Source: the human T2T-CHM13v2.0 reference genome, Homo sapiens
Assembly: GCF_009914755.1 (NCBI RefSeq)
Contig: NC_060928.1
Strand: one strand, 5' to 3'
DNA: 64,000 nucleotides
This document shows positions 13,801-28,200 of this stretch, in pieces. How positions within the stretch are numbered: position 1 is the stretch's first letter; each line of letters opens with the position of its first letter. A program made the translations under genes and the position numbers. The notes beneath the pieces were generated by a model. It ran no database searches and had not been told where the DNA came from. It saw nothing but the letters and a program-made list of their open reading frames with translations.

Positions 13801-16800
13801 GGAAACGGGAGTTTCTTCATAGAAACTCAAGACAGATGCATTCTCAGAAACATCTCTGTGATGTTTGCATTCCACTCATAGATTTGAAAACTTCCTTTCA
13901 TAGAGCAGGTTTGAAACACTCTTTTTGTAATATTTGGAAGTGGACATTTGCAGCGCTTTGAGGCCTATGGTGAAAAAGGAAATATCTTCTCATAAAAACC
14001 AGAAACAAGCATTCTCAGAAACTTCTTTTTGATGTGTGTACTCAAGTAACAGAGTTGAACCTTCCTTTTGACACAGCAGTTTTGAAACAATCTTTTTGTA
14101 GAATCTGCAAGTGGATATTTGGATAGCTTTGAGGATTTCGTTGGAAACGGGCTATCTTCATATAAAATCTAGACAGAAGCATTCTCAGAAACTTCTTTGT
14201 GCTGTATGTCCTCAATTAACAGAGTTGAACCATTGCTTGGATACAGCATTTTGGAAACATTCCTTGAGTAGAATCTGCAAGTTGATATTTAGATAGATTT
14301 GAAGATTTCGTTGGAAAAGGGAATATCTCCATAGAAAATCTAGAGGGAAGCATTCTCAGAAACTGCTTTGTGATGTTTCCATTCAAGTCACAGAGTTGAA
14401 TATTCCCTTTTATAGAGCACGTTTGAAACACTCTTTCTGCACTATCTGGAAGTGGACATTTCGAGCGCTTTGAGGCCTATGGTGAAAAAGGAAATATCTT
14501 CCCATAAAAACTAGACAGAAGCATTCTCAGAAACTTGTTTGTGATGTGTGTATTCAACTAACAGAGTTGAACTTTTGTTTTTACAGAGCCGTTTTAAAAC
14601 ACTCTTTTTGTGGAATCAGAAAGTGGATATTCGGATGGCTCTGAGGATTTCGTTGGAAGCGGGATTACATATAAAATCTAGAGAGAAGCATTCTCAGGAA
14701 CTTCTTTGTGATGTTTGCATTGAAGTCACAGAATTGAACATTCACTTTGATAGAGCAGGTTTGAAACACTCATTCTGTAGTATCTGGAAGTGGACATTTC
14801 AAGCGCTTTCAGGCCTATGGTGAGAAAGGAAATATCTTCGAATAAAAACTAGACAGAAGCATCCTCAGAAACTTATTTGTGATGTGTGTCCTCAACTAAC
14901 AGAGTTGAAACTTTGTTTTGATACAGCATTTTGGAAACACTCTTTTTGTAGAATCTGCAGGTGGATATTTGGATAGCTTAGAGGGATTCGTTGGAAAGGG
15001 GATATCTTCATATAAAATCTAGACAGAAGCATTCTCAGAAACTTATTTGTGATGTGTGTCCTCAACTAACAGAGTTGAACCTTGGTTTTGATACAGCATT
15101 TTGGAAACGCTCCTTTTGTAGAATCTGCAGGTGGATATGTGGATAGCTCTGAAGATTTCGTTGGAAACGGGAATTTCTTCATATAAAATCAAACAGAAGC
15201 ATTCTCAGAAACTTCTCAGTGATGTTTGCATTCAGCTCATGGAGTTGAACACTTCCTTTCATAGAGCCGGTTTGAAACACTCTTTCTGCACTACCTGGAA
15301 GAGGCCATTTCGAGCGCTTTGAGTCCTATGGTGAAAAAGGAAATATCTTCTCATAAAAACCAGAAAGAAGCATTCTCAGAAACTTCTTTGTGTTGTGTGT
15401 ACTCATGTAACAGTGTTGAACCATCCTTTTGACAGAGCAGTTTTGAAACACTCTTTTTGTAGAATCTGCAAGTGGATATTTGGATAGCTTTGAGGATTTC
15501 GTTGGAAACGGGATGACATATAATATCTAGAGAGAAGCATTCTCAGGAACTTCTTTGTGCTGTTTGCATTCAAGTCACAGAATTGAACATTCCCTTTCAT
15601 AGAGCAGATTTGAAACACTCTTTCTCTAGTATCTGGAAGTGGGCATTTCAAGCGCTTTCAGGCCTATTGAGAGAAAGGAAATACCTTCAAATAAAAACTA
15701 GACAGAAGCATTCTCAGAAACTTATTTGTGATGTGTGTCCTCAACTAACAGAGTTGAACCTTTGTTTTGATACAGCATTTTGGAAACACTCCTTTTGTAG
15801 AATCTGCAGGTGGATATTTGGATAGCTTTGAAGATTTCGTTGGAAACCGGAATATCTTCATATAAAATCAAGACAGAAGCATTCTCGGAAACATCTCTGT
15901 GATGTTTGCATTCAACTCAGTAGAGTTGAACACTTCCTTTCATAGAGCCGGATTGAAACACTCTTTCTGCACTACCTGGAAGCGGACATTTAGAGCGCTT
16001 TGAGGCCTATGGTGAAAAAGGAAATATCTTCTCATAAAAACCAGAAAGAAGCATTCTCAGAAACTTCTTTGTGTTGTGTGTACTCAAGTAACAGTGTTGA
16101 ACCTTCCTTTTGACACAGCAGTTTTGAAACACTCTTTTGGTAGAATCTGCAAGTGGATATTTGGATAGCTTTGAGGATTTCGTTGGAAACGGGTTATCTT
16201 CATATAAAATCCAGACAGGAGCATTCTCAGAAACTTCTTTGTGCTGCATGTCCTCAATTCACAGAGCTGAACCTTTGTTTGGATACAGCATTTTGGAAAC
16301 ATTCCTTTAGTAGAATCTGCAAGTTGATATTTAGATAGCTTTGAAGATTTCGTTGGAAACGGGAATATCTTCATAGAAAATCTAGACGGAAGCATTCTCA
16401 GAAACTGCTTTGTGATGTTTGCATTCAAGTCACAGAGTTGAATATTCCCTTTTATAGAGTAGGTTTGAAACACTCTTTCGGCACTACCTGGAAGTGGATA
16501 TTTCGAGCTCTTTGAGGCCTATGGTTAAAAGGAAATATCTTCCCATAAAAACTAGACAGAAGCCGTCTCAGAAACTTGTTTGTGATGTGTGTATTCAACT
16601 ACCAGAGTTGAACATTTCTGTTACAGAGCAATTTTAAAACACTCTTTTTGTGGAATCTGAAAGTGGATAATTGGATAGCTTTGTGGATTTCGTTGGAAAC
16701 GGGATGACGTATAAAATCTAGAGAGAAGCATTCTCAGGAACTTCTTTGTGATGTTTGCATTCAAGTCACAGAATTGAACATTCCTTTTCATAGTGCAGGT

Positions 16801-19800
16801 TTGAAACACTCTTTCTGTAGTATCTGGAAGTGGACATTTCAAGCGCTTTCAGGCCTACGGGGAGAAAGGAAATATCTTCAAATAAAAACTAGACAGAAGG
16901 ATTCTCAGAAACTTATTTGTGATGTGTGTCCTAAACGAACACAGTTGAACCTTTGTTTAGATACAGCATTTTGGAAACACTCCTTTTGTAGGATCTGCAG
17001 GTGGATATTTGGATAGATTTTAAGATTTCGTTGGAAACGGGAGTTTCTTCATAGAAACTCAAGACAGATGCATTCTCAGAAACATCTCTGTGATGTTTGC
17101 ATTCCACTCATAGATTTGAAAACTTCCTTTCATAGAGCAGGTTTGAAACACTCTTTTTGTAATATTTGGAAGTGGACATTTGCAGCGCTTTGAGGCCTAT
17201 GGTGAAAAAGGAAATATCTTCTGATAAAAACCAGAAACAAGCATTCTCAGAAACTTCTTTTTGATGTGTGTACTCAAGTAACAGAGTTGAACCTTCCTTT
17301 TGACACAGCAGTTTTGAAACAATCTTTTTGTAGAATCTGCAAGTGGATATTTGGATAGCTTTGAGGATTTCGTTGGAAACGGGATATCTTCATATAAAAT
17401 CTAGAGAGAAGCTTTCTCAGAAACTTCATTGTGCTGTATGTCCTCAATTAACAGAGTTGAACCATTGCTTGGATACAGCATTTTGGAAACATTCCTTGAG
17501 TAGAATCTGCAAGTTGATATTTAGATAGATTTGAAGATTTCGTTGGAAAAGGGAATATCTCCATATAAAATCTAGAGGGAAGCATTCTCAGAAACTGCTT
17601 TGTGATGTTTCCATTCAAGTCACAGAGTTGAATATTCCCTTTTATAGAGCACGTTTGAAACACTCTTTCTGCACTATCTGGAAGTGGACATTTCGAGCGC
17701 TTTGAGGCCTATGGTGAAAAAGGAAATATCTTCCCATAAAAACTAGACAGAAGCATTCTCAGAAACTTGTTTGTGATGTGTGTATTCAACTAACAGAGTT
17801 GAACTTTTGTTTTTACAGAGCCGTTTTAAAACACTCTTTTTGTGGAATCAGAAAGTGGATATTCGGATGGCTCTGAGGATTTCGTTGGAAGCGGGATTAC
17901 ATATAAAATCTAGAGAGAAGCATTCTCAGGAACTTCTTTGTGATGTTTGCATTGAAGTCACAGAATTGAACATTCACTTTGATAGAGCAGGTTTGAAACA
18001 CTCATTCTGTAGTATCTGGAAGTGGACATTTCAAGCGCTTTCAGGCCTATGGTGAGAAAGGAAATATCTTCGAATAAAAACTAGACAGAAGCATCCTCAG
18101 AAACTTATTTGTGATGTGTGTCCTCAACTAACAGAGTTGAAACTTTGTTTTGATACAGCATTTTGGAAACACTCTTTTTGTAGAATCTGCAGGTGGATAT
18201 TTGGATAGCTTAGAGGGATTCGTTGGAAAGGGGATATCTTCATATAAAATCTAGACAGAAGCATTCTCAGAAACTTATTTGTGATGTGTGTCCTCAACTA
18301 ACAGAGTTGAACCTTGGTTTTGATACAGCATTTTGGAAACACTCCTTTTGTAGAATCTGCAGGTGGATATGTGGATAGCTCTGAAGATTTCGTTGGAAAC
18401 GGGAATTTCTTCATATAAAATCAAACAGAAGCATTCTCAGAAACTTCTCAGTGATGTTTGCATTCAGCTCATGGAGTTGAACACTTCCTTTCATAGAGCC
18501 GGTTTGAAACACTCTTTCTGCACTACCTGGAAGAGGACATTTCGAGCGCTTTGAGTCCTATGGTGAAAAAGGAAATATCTTCTCATAAAAACCAGAAAGA
18601 AGCATTCTCAGAAACTTCTTTGTGTTGTGTGTACTCATGTAACAGTGTTGAACCATCCTTTTGACAGAGCAGTTTTGAAACACTCTTTTTGTAGAATCTG
18701 CAAGTGGATATTTGGATAGCTTTGAGGATTTCGTTGGAAACGGGATGACATATAATATCTAGAGAGAAGCATACTCAGGAACTTCTTTGTGATGTTTGCA
18801 TTCATGTCACAGAATTGAACATTCCCTTTCATAGAGCAGGTTTGAAACACTCTTTCTCTAGTATCTGGAAGTGGGCATTTCAAGCGCTTTCAGGCCTATG
18901 GAGAGAGAGGAAATACCTTCAAATAAAAACTAGACAGAAGCATTCTCAGAAACTTATTTGTGATGTGTGTCCTCAACTAACAGAGTTGAACCTTTGTTTT
19001 GATACAGCATTTTGGAAACACTCCTTTTGTAGAATCTGCAGGTGGATATTTGGATAACTTTGAAGATTTCGTTGGAAACCGGAATATCTTCATATAAAAT
19101 CAAGACAGAAGCATTCTCGGAAACATCTCTGTGATGTTTGCATTCAACTCAGTAGAGTTGAACACTTCCTTTCATAGAGCAGGTTTGAAACACTCTTTCT
19201 GCACTACCTGGAAGCGGACATTTCGAGCGCTTTGAGGCCTATGGTGAAAAAGGAAATATCTTCTCATAAAAACCAGAAAGAAGCATTCTCAGAAACTTCT
19301 TTGTGTTGTGTGTACTCAAGTAACAGTGTTGAACCTTCCTTTTGACACAGCAGTTTTGAAACACTCTTTTGGTAGAATCTGCAAGTGGATATTTGGATAG
19401 CTTTGAGGATTTCGTTGGAAACGGGTTATCTTCATATAAAATCCAGACAGGAGCATTCTCAGAAACTTCTTTGTGCTGCATGTCCTCAATTCACAGAGCT
19501 GAACCTTTGTTTGGATACAGCATTTTGGAAACATTCCTTTAGTAGAATCTGCAAGTTGATATTTAGATAGCTTTGAAGATTTCGTTGGAAACGGGAATAT
19601 CTTCATAGAAAATCTAGACGGAAGCATTCTCAGAAACTGCTTTGTGATGTTTGCATTCAAGTCACAGAGTTGAATATTCCCTTTTATAGAGTAGGTTTGA
19701 AACACTCTTTCGGCACTACCTGGAAGTGGATATTTCGAGCTCTTTGAGGCCTATGGTTAAAAGGAAATATCTTCCCATAAAAACTAGACAGAAGCCGTCT

Positions 19801-22800
19801 CAGAAACTTGTTTGTGATGTGTGTATACAACTACCAGAGTTGAACATTTCTGTTACAGAGCAATTTTAAAACACTCTTTTTGTGGAATCTGAAAGTTTAT
19901 AATTGGATAGCTTTGTGGATTTCGTTGGAAACGGGATGACGTATAAAATCTAGAGAGAAGCATTCTCAGGAACTTCTTTCTGATGTTTGCATTCAAGTCA
20001 CAGAATTGAACATTCCTTTTCATAGTGCAGGTTTGAAACACTCTTTCTGTAGTATCTGGAAGTGGACATTTCAAGCGCTTTCAGGCCTACGGGGAGAAAG
20101 GAAATATCTTCAAATAAAAACGAGACAGAAGGATTCTCAGAAACTTATTTGTGATGTGTGTCCTAAACGAACACAGTTGAACCTTTGTTTTGATACAGCA
20201 TTTTGGAAACACTCCTTTTGTAGGATCTGCAGGTGGATATTTGGATAGATTTTAAGATTTCGTTGGAAACGGGAGTTTCTTCATAGAAACTCAAGACAGA
20301 TGCATTCTCAGAAACATCTCTGTGATGTTTGCATTCCACTCATAGAGTTGAAAACTTCCTTTCATAGAGCAGGTTTGAAACACTCTTTTTGTAATATTTG
20401 GAAGTGGACATTTGCAGCGCTTTGAGGCCTATGGTGAAAAAGGAAATATCTTCTCATAAAAACCAGAAACAAGCATTCTCAGAAACTTCTTTTTGATGTG
20501 TGTACTCAAGTAACAGAGTTGAACCTTCCTTTTGACACAGCAGTTTTGAAACAATCTTTTTGTAGAATCTGCAAGTGGATATTTGGATAGCTTTGAGGAT
20601 TTCGTTGGAAACGGGATATCTTCATATAAAATCTAGACAGAAGCATTCTCAGAAACTTCTTTGTGCTGTATGTCCTCAATTAACAGAGTTGAACCATTGC
20701 TTGGATACAGCATTTTGGAAACATTCCTTGAGTAGAATCTGCAAGTTGATATTTAGATAGATTTGAAGATTTCGTTGGAAAAGGGAATATCTCCATATAA
20801 AATCTAGAGGGAAGCATTCTCAGAAACTGCTTTGTGATGTTTCCATTCAAGTCACAGAGTTGAATATTCCCTTTTATAGAGCACGTTTGAAACACTCTTT
20901 CTGCACTATCTGGAAGTGGACATTTCGAGCGCTTTGAGGCCTATGGTGAAAAAGGAAATATCTTCCCATAAAAACTAGACAGAAGCATTCTCAGAAACTT
21001 GTTTGTGATGTGTGTATTCAACTAACAGAGTTGAACTTTTGTTTTTACAGAGCCGTTTTAAAACACTCTTTTTGTGGAATCAGAAAGTGGATATTCGGAT
21101 GGCTCTGAGGATTTCGTTGGAAGCGGGATTACATATAAAATCTAGAGAGAAGCATTCTCAGGAACTTCTTTGTGATGTTTGCATTGAAGTCACAGAATTG
21201 AACATTCACTTTGATAGAGCAGGTTTGAAACACTCATTCTGTAGTATCTGGAAGTGGACATTTCAAGCGCTTTCAGGCCTATGGTGAGAAAGGAAATATC
21301 TTCGAATAAAAACTAGACAGAAGCATCCTCAGAAACTTATTTGTGATGTGTGTCCTCAACTAACAGAGTTGAAACTTTGTTTTGATACAGCATTTTGGAA
21401 ACACTCTTTTTGTAGAATCTGCAGGTGGATATTTGGATAGCTTAGAGGGATTCGTTGGAAAGGGGATATCTTCATATAAAATCTAGACAGAAGCATTCTC
21501 AGAAACTTATTTGTGATGTGTGTCCTCAACTAACAGAGTTGAACCTTGGTTTTGATACAGCATTTTGGAAACACTCCTTTTGTAGAATCTGCAGGTGGAT
21601 ATGTGGATAGCTCTGAAGATTTCGTTGGAAACGGGAATTTCTTCATATAAAATCAAACAGAAGCATTCTCAGAAACTTCTCAGTGATGTTTGCATTCAGC
21701 TCATGGAGTTGAACACTTCCTTTCATAGAGCCGGTTTGAAACACTCTTTCTGCACTACCTGGAAGAGGACATTTCGAGCGCTTTGAGTCCTATGGTGAAA
21801 AAGGAAATATCTTCTCATAAAAACCAGAAAGAAGCATTCTCAGAAACTTCTTTGTGTTGTGTGTACTCATGTAACAGTGTTGAACCATCCTTTTGACAGA
21901 GCAGTTTTGAAACACTCTTTTTGTAGAATCTGCAAGTGGATATTTGGATAGCTTTGAGGATTTCGTTGGAAACGGGATGACATATAATATCTAGAGAGAA
22001 GCATACTCAGGAACTTCTTTGTGATGTTTGCATTCAAGTCACAGAATTGAACATTCCCTTTCATAGAGCAGGTTTGAAACACTCTTTCTCTAGTATCTGG
22101 AAGTGGGCATTTCAAGCGCTTTCAGGCCTATGGAGAGAAAGGAAATACCTTCAAATAAAAACTAGACAGAAGCATTCTCAGAAACTTATTTGTGATGTGT
22201 GTCCTCAACTAACAGAGTTGAACCTTTGTTTTGATACAGCATTTTGGAAACACTCCTTTTGTAGAATCTGCAGGTGGATATTTGGATAACTTTGAAGATT
22301 TCGTTGGAAACCGGAATATCTTCATATAAAATCAAGACAGAAGCATTCTCGGAAACATCTCTGTGATGTTTGCATTCAACTCAGTAGAGTTGAACACTTC
22401 CTTTCATAGAGCCGGTTTGAAACACTCTTTCTGCACTACCTGGAAGCGGACATTTCGAGCGCTTTGAGGCCTATGGTGAAAAAGGAAATATCTTCTCATA
22501 AAAACCAGAAAGAAGCATTCTCAGAAACTTCTTTGTGTTGTGTGTACTCAAGTAACAGTGTTGAACCTTCCTTTTGACACAGCAGTTTTGAAACACTCTT
22601 TTGGTAGAATCTGCAAGTGGATATTTGGATAGCTTTGAGGATTTCGTTGGAAACGGGTTATCTTCATATAAAATCCAGACAGGAGCATTCTCAGAAACTT
22701 CTTTGTGCTGCATGTCCTCAATTCACAGAGCTGAACCTTTGTTTGGATACAGCATTTTGGAAACATTCCTTTAGTAGAATCTGCAAGTTGATATTTAGAT

Positions 22801-24216
22801 AGCTTTGAAGATTTCGTTGGAAACGGGAATATCTTCATAGAAAATCTAGACGGAAGCATTCTCAGAAACTGCTTTGTGATGTTTGCATTCAAGTCACAGA
22901 GTTGAATATTCCCTTTTATAGAGTAGGTTTGAAACACTCTTTCAGCACTACCTGGAAGTGGATATTTCGAGCTCTTTGAGGCCTATGGTTAAAAGGAAAT
23001 ATCTTCCCATAAAAACTAGACAGAAGCCGTCTCAGAAACTTGTTTGTGATGTGTGTATTCAACTAACAGAGTTGAACATTTCTGTTACAGAGCAATTTTA
23101 AAACACTCTTTTTGTGGAATCTGAAAGTGGATAATTGGATAGCTTCGTGGATTTCGTTGGAAACGGGATGACGTATAAAATCTAGAGAGAAGCATTCTCA
23201 GGAACTTCTTTGTGATGTTTGCATTCAAGTCACAGAATTGAACATTCCTTTTCATAGTGCAGGTTTGAAACACTCTTTCTGTAGTATCTGGAAGTGGACA
23301 TTTCAAGCGCTTTCAGGCCTACGGGGAGAAAGGAAATATCTTCAAATAAAAACTAGACAGAAGGATTCTCAGAAACTTATTTGTGATGTGTGTCCTAAAC
23401 GAACACAGTTGAACCTTTGTTTAGATACAGCATTTTGGAAACACTCCTTTTGTAGGATCTGCAGGTGGATATTTGGATAGATTTTAAGATTTCGTTGGAA
23501 ACGGGAGTTTCTTCATAGAAACTCAAGACAGATGCATTCTCAGAAACATCTCTGTGATGTTTGCATTCCACTCATAGAGTTGAAAACTTCCTTTCATAGA
23601 GCAGGTTTGAAACACTCTTTTTGTAATATTTGGAAGTGGACATTTGCAGCGCTTTGAGGCCTATGGTGAAAAAGGAAATATCTTCTCATAAAAACCAGAA
23701 ACAAGCATTCTCAGAAACTTCTTTTTGATGTGTGTACTCAAGTAACAGAGTTGAACCTTCCTTTTGACACAGCAGTTTTGAAACAATCTTTTTGTAGAAT
23801 CTGCAAGTGGATATTTGGATAGCTTTGAGGATTTCGTTGGAAACGGGATATCTTCATATAAAATCTAGACAGAAGCATTCTCAGAAACTTCTTTGTGCTG
23901 TATGTCCTCAATTAACAGAGTTGAACCATTGCTTGGATACAGCATTTTGGAAACATTCCTTGAGTAGAATCTGCAAGTTGATATTTAGATAGACTTGAAG
24001 ATTTCGTTGGAAAAGGGAAAACTCCATATAAAATCTAGACGGAAGCATTCTCAGAAACTGCTTTGTGATGTTTCCATTCAAGTCACAGAGTTGAATATTC
24101 CCTTTTATAGAGCACGTTTGAAACACTCTTTCTGCACTATGGGGAAGTGGACATTTCGAGCGCTTTGAGGCCTATGGTGAAAAAGGAAATATCTTCCCAT
24201 AAAAATTAGACAGAAG
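4826..24216 (+). repeat. Six tandem 19-mers (five of 3,232 bp, last 3,231 bp)
   Basis: Markers 4852, 8084, 11316, 14548, 17780, 21012, 24243; 1-bp loss near 24020. Confidence 0.95.
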
Positions 24217-25233
24217 CATTCTCAGAAACTTGTTTGTGATGTGTGTATTCAACTAACAGAGTTGAACTTTTGTTTTTACAGAGCCGTTTTAAAACACTCT
24301 TTTTGTGGAATCAGAAAGTGGATATTCCGATGGCTCTGAGGATTTCGTTGGAAGCGGGATTACATATAAAATCTAGAGAGAAGCATTCTCAGGAACTTCT
24401 TTGTGATGTTTGCATTGAAGTCACAGAATTGAACATTCACTTTGATAGAGCAGGTTTGAAACACTCATTCTGTAGTATCTGGAAGTGGACATTTCAAGCG
24501 CTTTCAGGCCTATGGTGAAAAAGGAAATATCTTCGAATAAAAACTAGACAGAAGCATCCTCAGAAACTTATTTGTGATGTGTGTCCTCAACTAACAGGGT
24601 TGAAACTTTGTTTTGATACAGCATTTTGGAAACACTCCTTTTGTAGAATCTGCAGGTGGATATGTGGATAGCTCTGAAGATTTCGTTGGAAACGGGAATT
24701 TCTTCATATAAAATCAAACAGAAGCATTCTCAGAAACTTCTCAGTGATGTTTGCATTCAGCTCATGGAGTTGAACACTTCCTTTCATAGAGCCGGTGTGA
24801 AACACTCTTTCTGCACTACCTGGAAGAGGCCATTTCGAGCGCTTTGAGTCCTATGGTGAAAAAGGAAATATCTTCTCATAAAAACCAGAAAGAAGCATTC
24901 TCAGAAACTTCTTTGTGTTGTGTGTACTCATGTAACAGTGTTGAACCATCCTTTTGACAGAGCAGTTTTGAAACACTCTTTTTGTAGAATCTGCAAGTGG
25001 ATATTTGGATAGCTTTGAGGATTTCGTTGGAAACGGGATGACATATAATATCTAGAGAGAAGCATTCTCAGGAACTTCTTTGTGCTGTTTGCATTCAAGT
25101 CACAGAATTGAACATTCCCTTTCATAGAGCAGATTTGAAACACTCTTTCTCTAGTATCTGGAAGTGGGCATTTCAAGCGCTTTCAGGCCTATTGAGAGAA
25201 AGGAAATACCTTCAAATAAAAACTAGACAGAAG
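24217..25233 (+). repeat. 6-mer HOR variant (m1, m2, m3/4 hybrid, m5-m7; 1,017 bp)
   Basis: Marker spacing 24243 to 25260 = 1,017 = 1,187 - 170. Confidence 0.95.
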
Positions 25234-28200
25234 CATTCTCAGAAACTTGTTTGTGATGTGTGTATTCAACTAACAGAGTTGAACTTTTGTTTTTACAGAG
25301 CCGTTTTAAAACACTCTTTTTGTGGAATCAGAAAGTGGATATTCGGATGGCTCTGAGGATTTCGTTGGAAGCGGGATTACATATAAAATCTAGAGAGAAG
25401 CATTCTCAGGAACTTCTTTGTGATGTTTGCATTGAAGTCACAGAATTGAACATTCACTTTGATAGAGCAGGTTTGAAACACTCATTCTGTAGTATCTGGA
25501 AGTGGACATTTCAAGCGCTTTCAGGCCTATGGTGAGAAAGGAAATATCTTCGAATAAAAACTAGACAGAAGCATCCTCAGAAACTTATTTGTGATGTGTG
25601 TCCTCAACTAACAGAGTTGAAACTTTGTTTTGATACAGCATTTTGGAAACACTCTTTTTGTAGAATCTGCAGGTGGATATTTGGATAGCTTAGAGGGATT
25701 CGTTGGAAAGGGGATATCTTCATATAAAATCTAGACAGAAGCATTCTCAGAAACTTATTTGTGATGTGTGTCCTCAACTAACAGAGTTGAACATTGGTTT
25801 TGATACAGCATTTTGGAAACACTCCTTTTGTAGAATCTGCAGGTGGATATGTGGATAGCTCTGAAGATTTCGTTGGAAACGGGAATTTCTTCATATAAAA
25901 TCAAACAGAAGCATTCTCAGAAACTTCTCAGTGATGTTTGCATTCAGCTCATGGAGTTGAACACTTCCTTTCATAGAGCCGGTTTGAAACACTCTTTCTG
26001 CACTACCTGGAAGAGGCCATTTCGAGCGCTTTGAGTCCTATGGTGAAAAAGGAAATATCTTCTCATAAAAACCAGAAAGAAGCATTCTCAGAAACTTCTT
26101 TGTGTTGTGTGTACTCATGTAACAGTGTTGAACCATCCTTTTGACAGAGCAGTTTTGAAACACTCTTTTTGTAGAATCTGCAAGTGGATATTTGGATAGC
26201 TTTGAGGATTTCGTTGGAAACGGGATGACATATAATATCTAGAGAGAAGCATACTCAGGAACTTCTTTGTGATGTTTGCATTCAAGTCACAGAATTGAAC
26301 ATTCCCTTTCATAGAGCAGGTTTGAAACACTCTTTCTCTAGTATCTGGAAGTGGGCATTTCAAGCGCTTTCAGGCCTATGGAGAGAAAGGAAATACCTTC
26401 AAATAAAAACTAGACAGAAGCATTCTCAGAAACTTATTTGTGATGTGTGTCCTCAACTAACAGAGTTGAACCTTTGTTTTGATACAGCATTTTGGAAACA
26501 CTCCTTTTGTAGAATCTGCAGGTGGATATTTGGATAACTTTGAAGATTTCGTTGGAAACCGGAATATCTTCATATAAAATCAAGACAGAAGCATTCTCGG
26601 AAACATCTCTGTGATGTTTGCATTCAACTCAGTAGAGTTGAACACTTCCTTTCATAGAGCAGGTTTGAAACACTCTTTCTGCACTACCTGGAAGCGGACA
26701 TTTCGAGCGCTTTGAGGCCTATGGTGAAAAAGGAAATATCTTCTCATAAAAACCAGAAAGAAGCATTCTCAGAAACTTCTTTGTGTTGTGTGTACTCAAG
26801 TAACAGTGTTGAACCTTCCTTTTGACACAGCAGTTTTGAAACACTCTTTTGGTAGAATCTGCAAGTGGATATTTGGATAGCTTTGAGGATTTCGTTGGAA
26901 ACGGGTTATCTTCATATAAAATCCAGACAGGAGCATTCTCAGAAACTTCTTTGTGCTGCATGTCCTCAATTCACAGAGCTGAACCTTTGTTTGGATACAG
27001 CATTTTGGAAACATTCCTTTAGTAGAATCTGCAAGTTGATATTTAGATAGCTTTGAAGATTTCGTTGGAAACGGGAATATCTTCATAGAAAATCTAGACG
27101 GAAGCATTCTCAGAAACTGCTTTGTGATGTTTGCATTCAAGTCACAGAGTTGAATATTCCCTTTTATAGAGTAGGTTTGAAACACTCTTTCGGCACTACC
27201 TGGAAGTGGATATTTCGAGCTCTTTGAGGCCTATGGTTAAAAGGAAATATCTTCCCATAAAAACTAGACAGAAGCCGTCTCAGAAACTTGTTTGTGATGT
27301 GTGTATTCAACTACCAGAGTTGAACATTTCTGTTACAGAGCAATTTTAAAACACTCTTTTTGTGGAATCTGAAAGTGGATAATTGGATAGCTTTGTGGAT
27401 TTCGTTGGAAACGGGATGACGTATAAAATCTAGAGAGAAGCATTCTCAGGAACTTCTTTCTGATGTTTGCATTCAAGTCACAGAATTGAACATTCCTTTT
27501 CATAGTGCAGGTTTGAAACACTCTTTCTGTAGTATCTGGAAGTGGACATTTCAAGCGCTTTCAGGCCTACGGGGAGAAAGGAAATATCTTCAAATAAAAA
27601 CTAGACAGAAGGATTCTCAGAAACTTATTTGTGATGTGTGTCCTAAACGAACACAGTTGAACCTTTGTTTTGATACAGCATTTTGGAAACACTCCTTTTG
27701 TAGGATCTGCAGGTGGATATTTGGATAGATTTTAAGATTTCGTTGGAAACGGGAGTTTCTTCATAGAAACTCAAGACAGATGCATTCTCAGAAACATCTC
27801 TGTGATGTTTGCATTCCACTCATAGATTTGAAAACTTCCTTTCATAGAGCAGGTTTGAAACACTCTTTTTGTAATATTTGGAAGTGGACATTTGCAGCGC
27901 TTTGAGGCCTATGGTGAAAAAGGAAATATCTTCTCATAAAAACCAGAAACAAGCATTCTCAGAAACTTCTTTTTGATGTGTGTACTCAAGTAACAGAGTT
28001 GAACCTTCCTTTTGACACAGCAGTTTTGAAACAATCTTTTTGTAGAATCTGCAAGTGGATATTTGGATAGCTTTGAGGATTTCGTTGGAAACGGGATATC
28101 TTCATATAAAATCTAGACAGAAGCATTCTCAGAAACTTCTTTGTGCTGTATGTCCTCAATTAACAGAGTTGAACCATTGCTTGGATACAGCATTTTGGAA

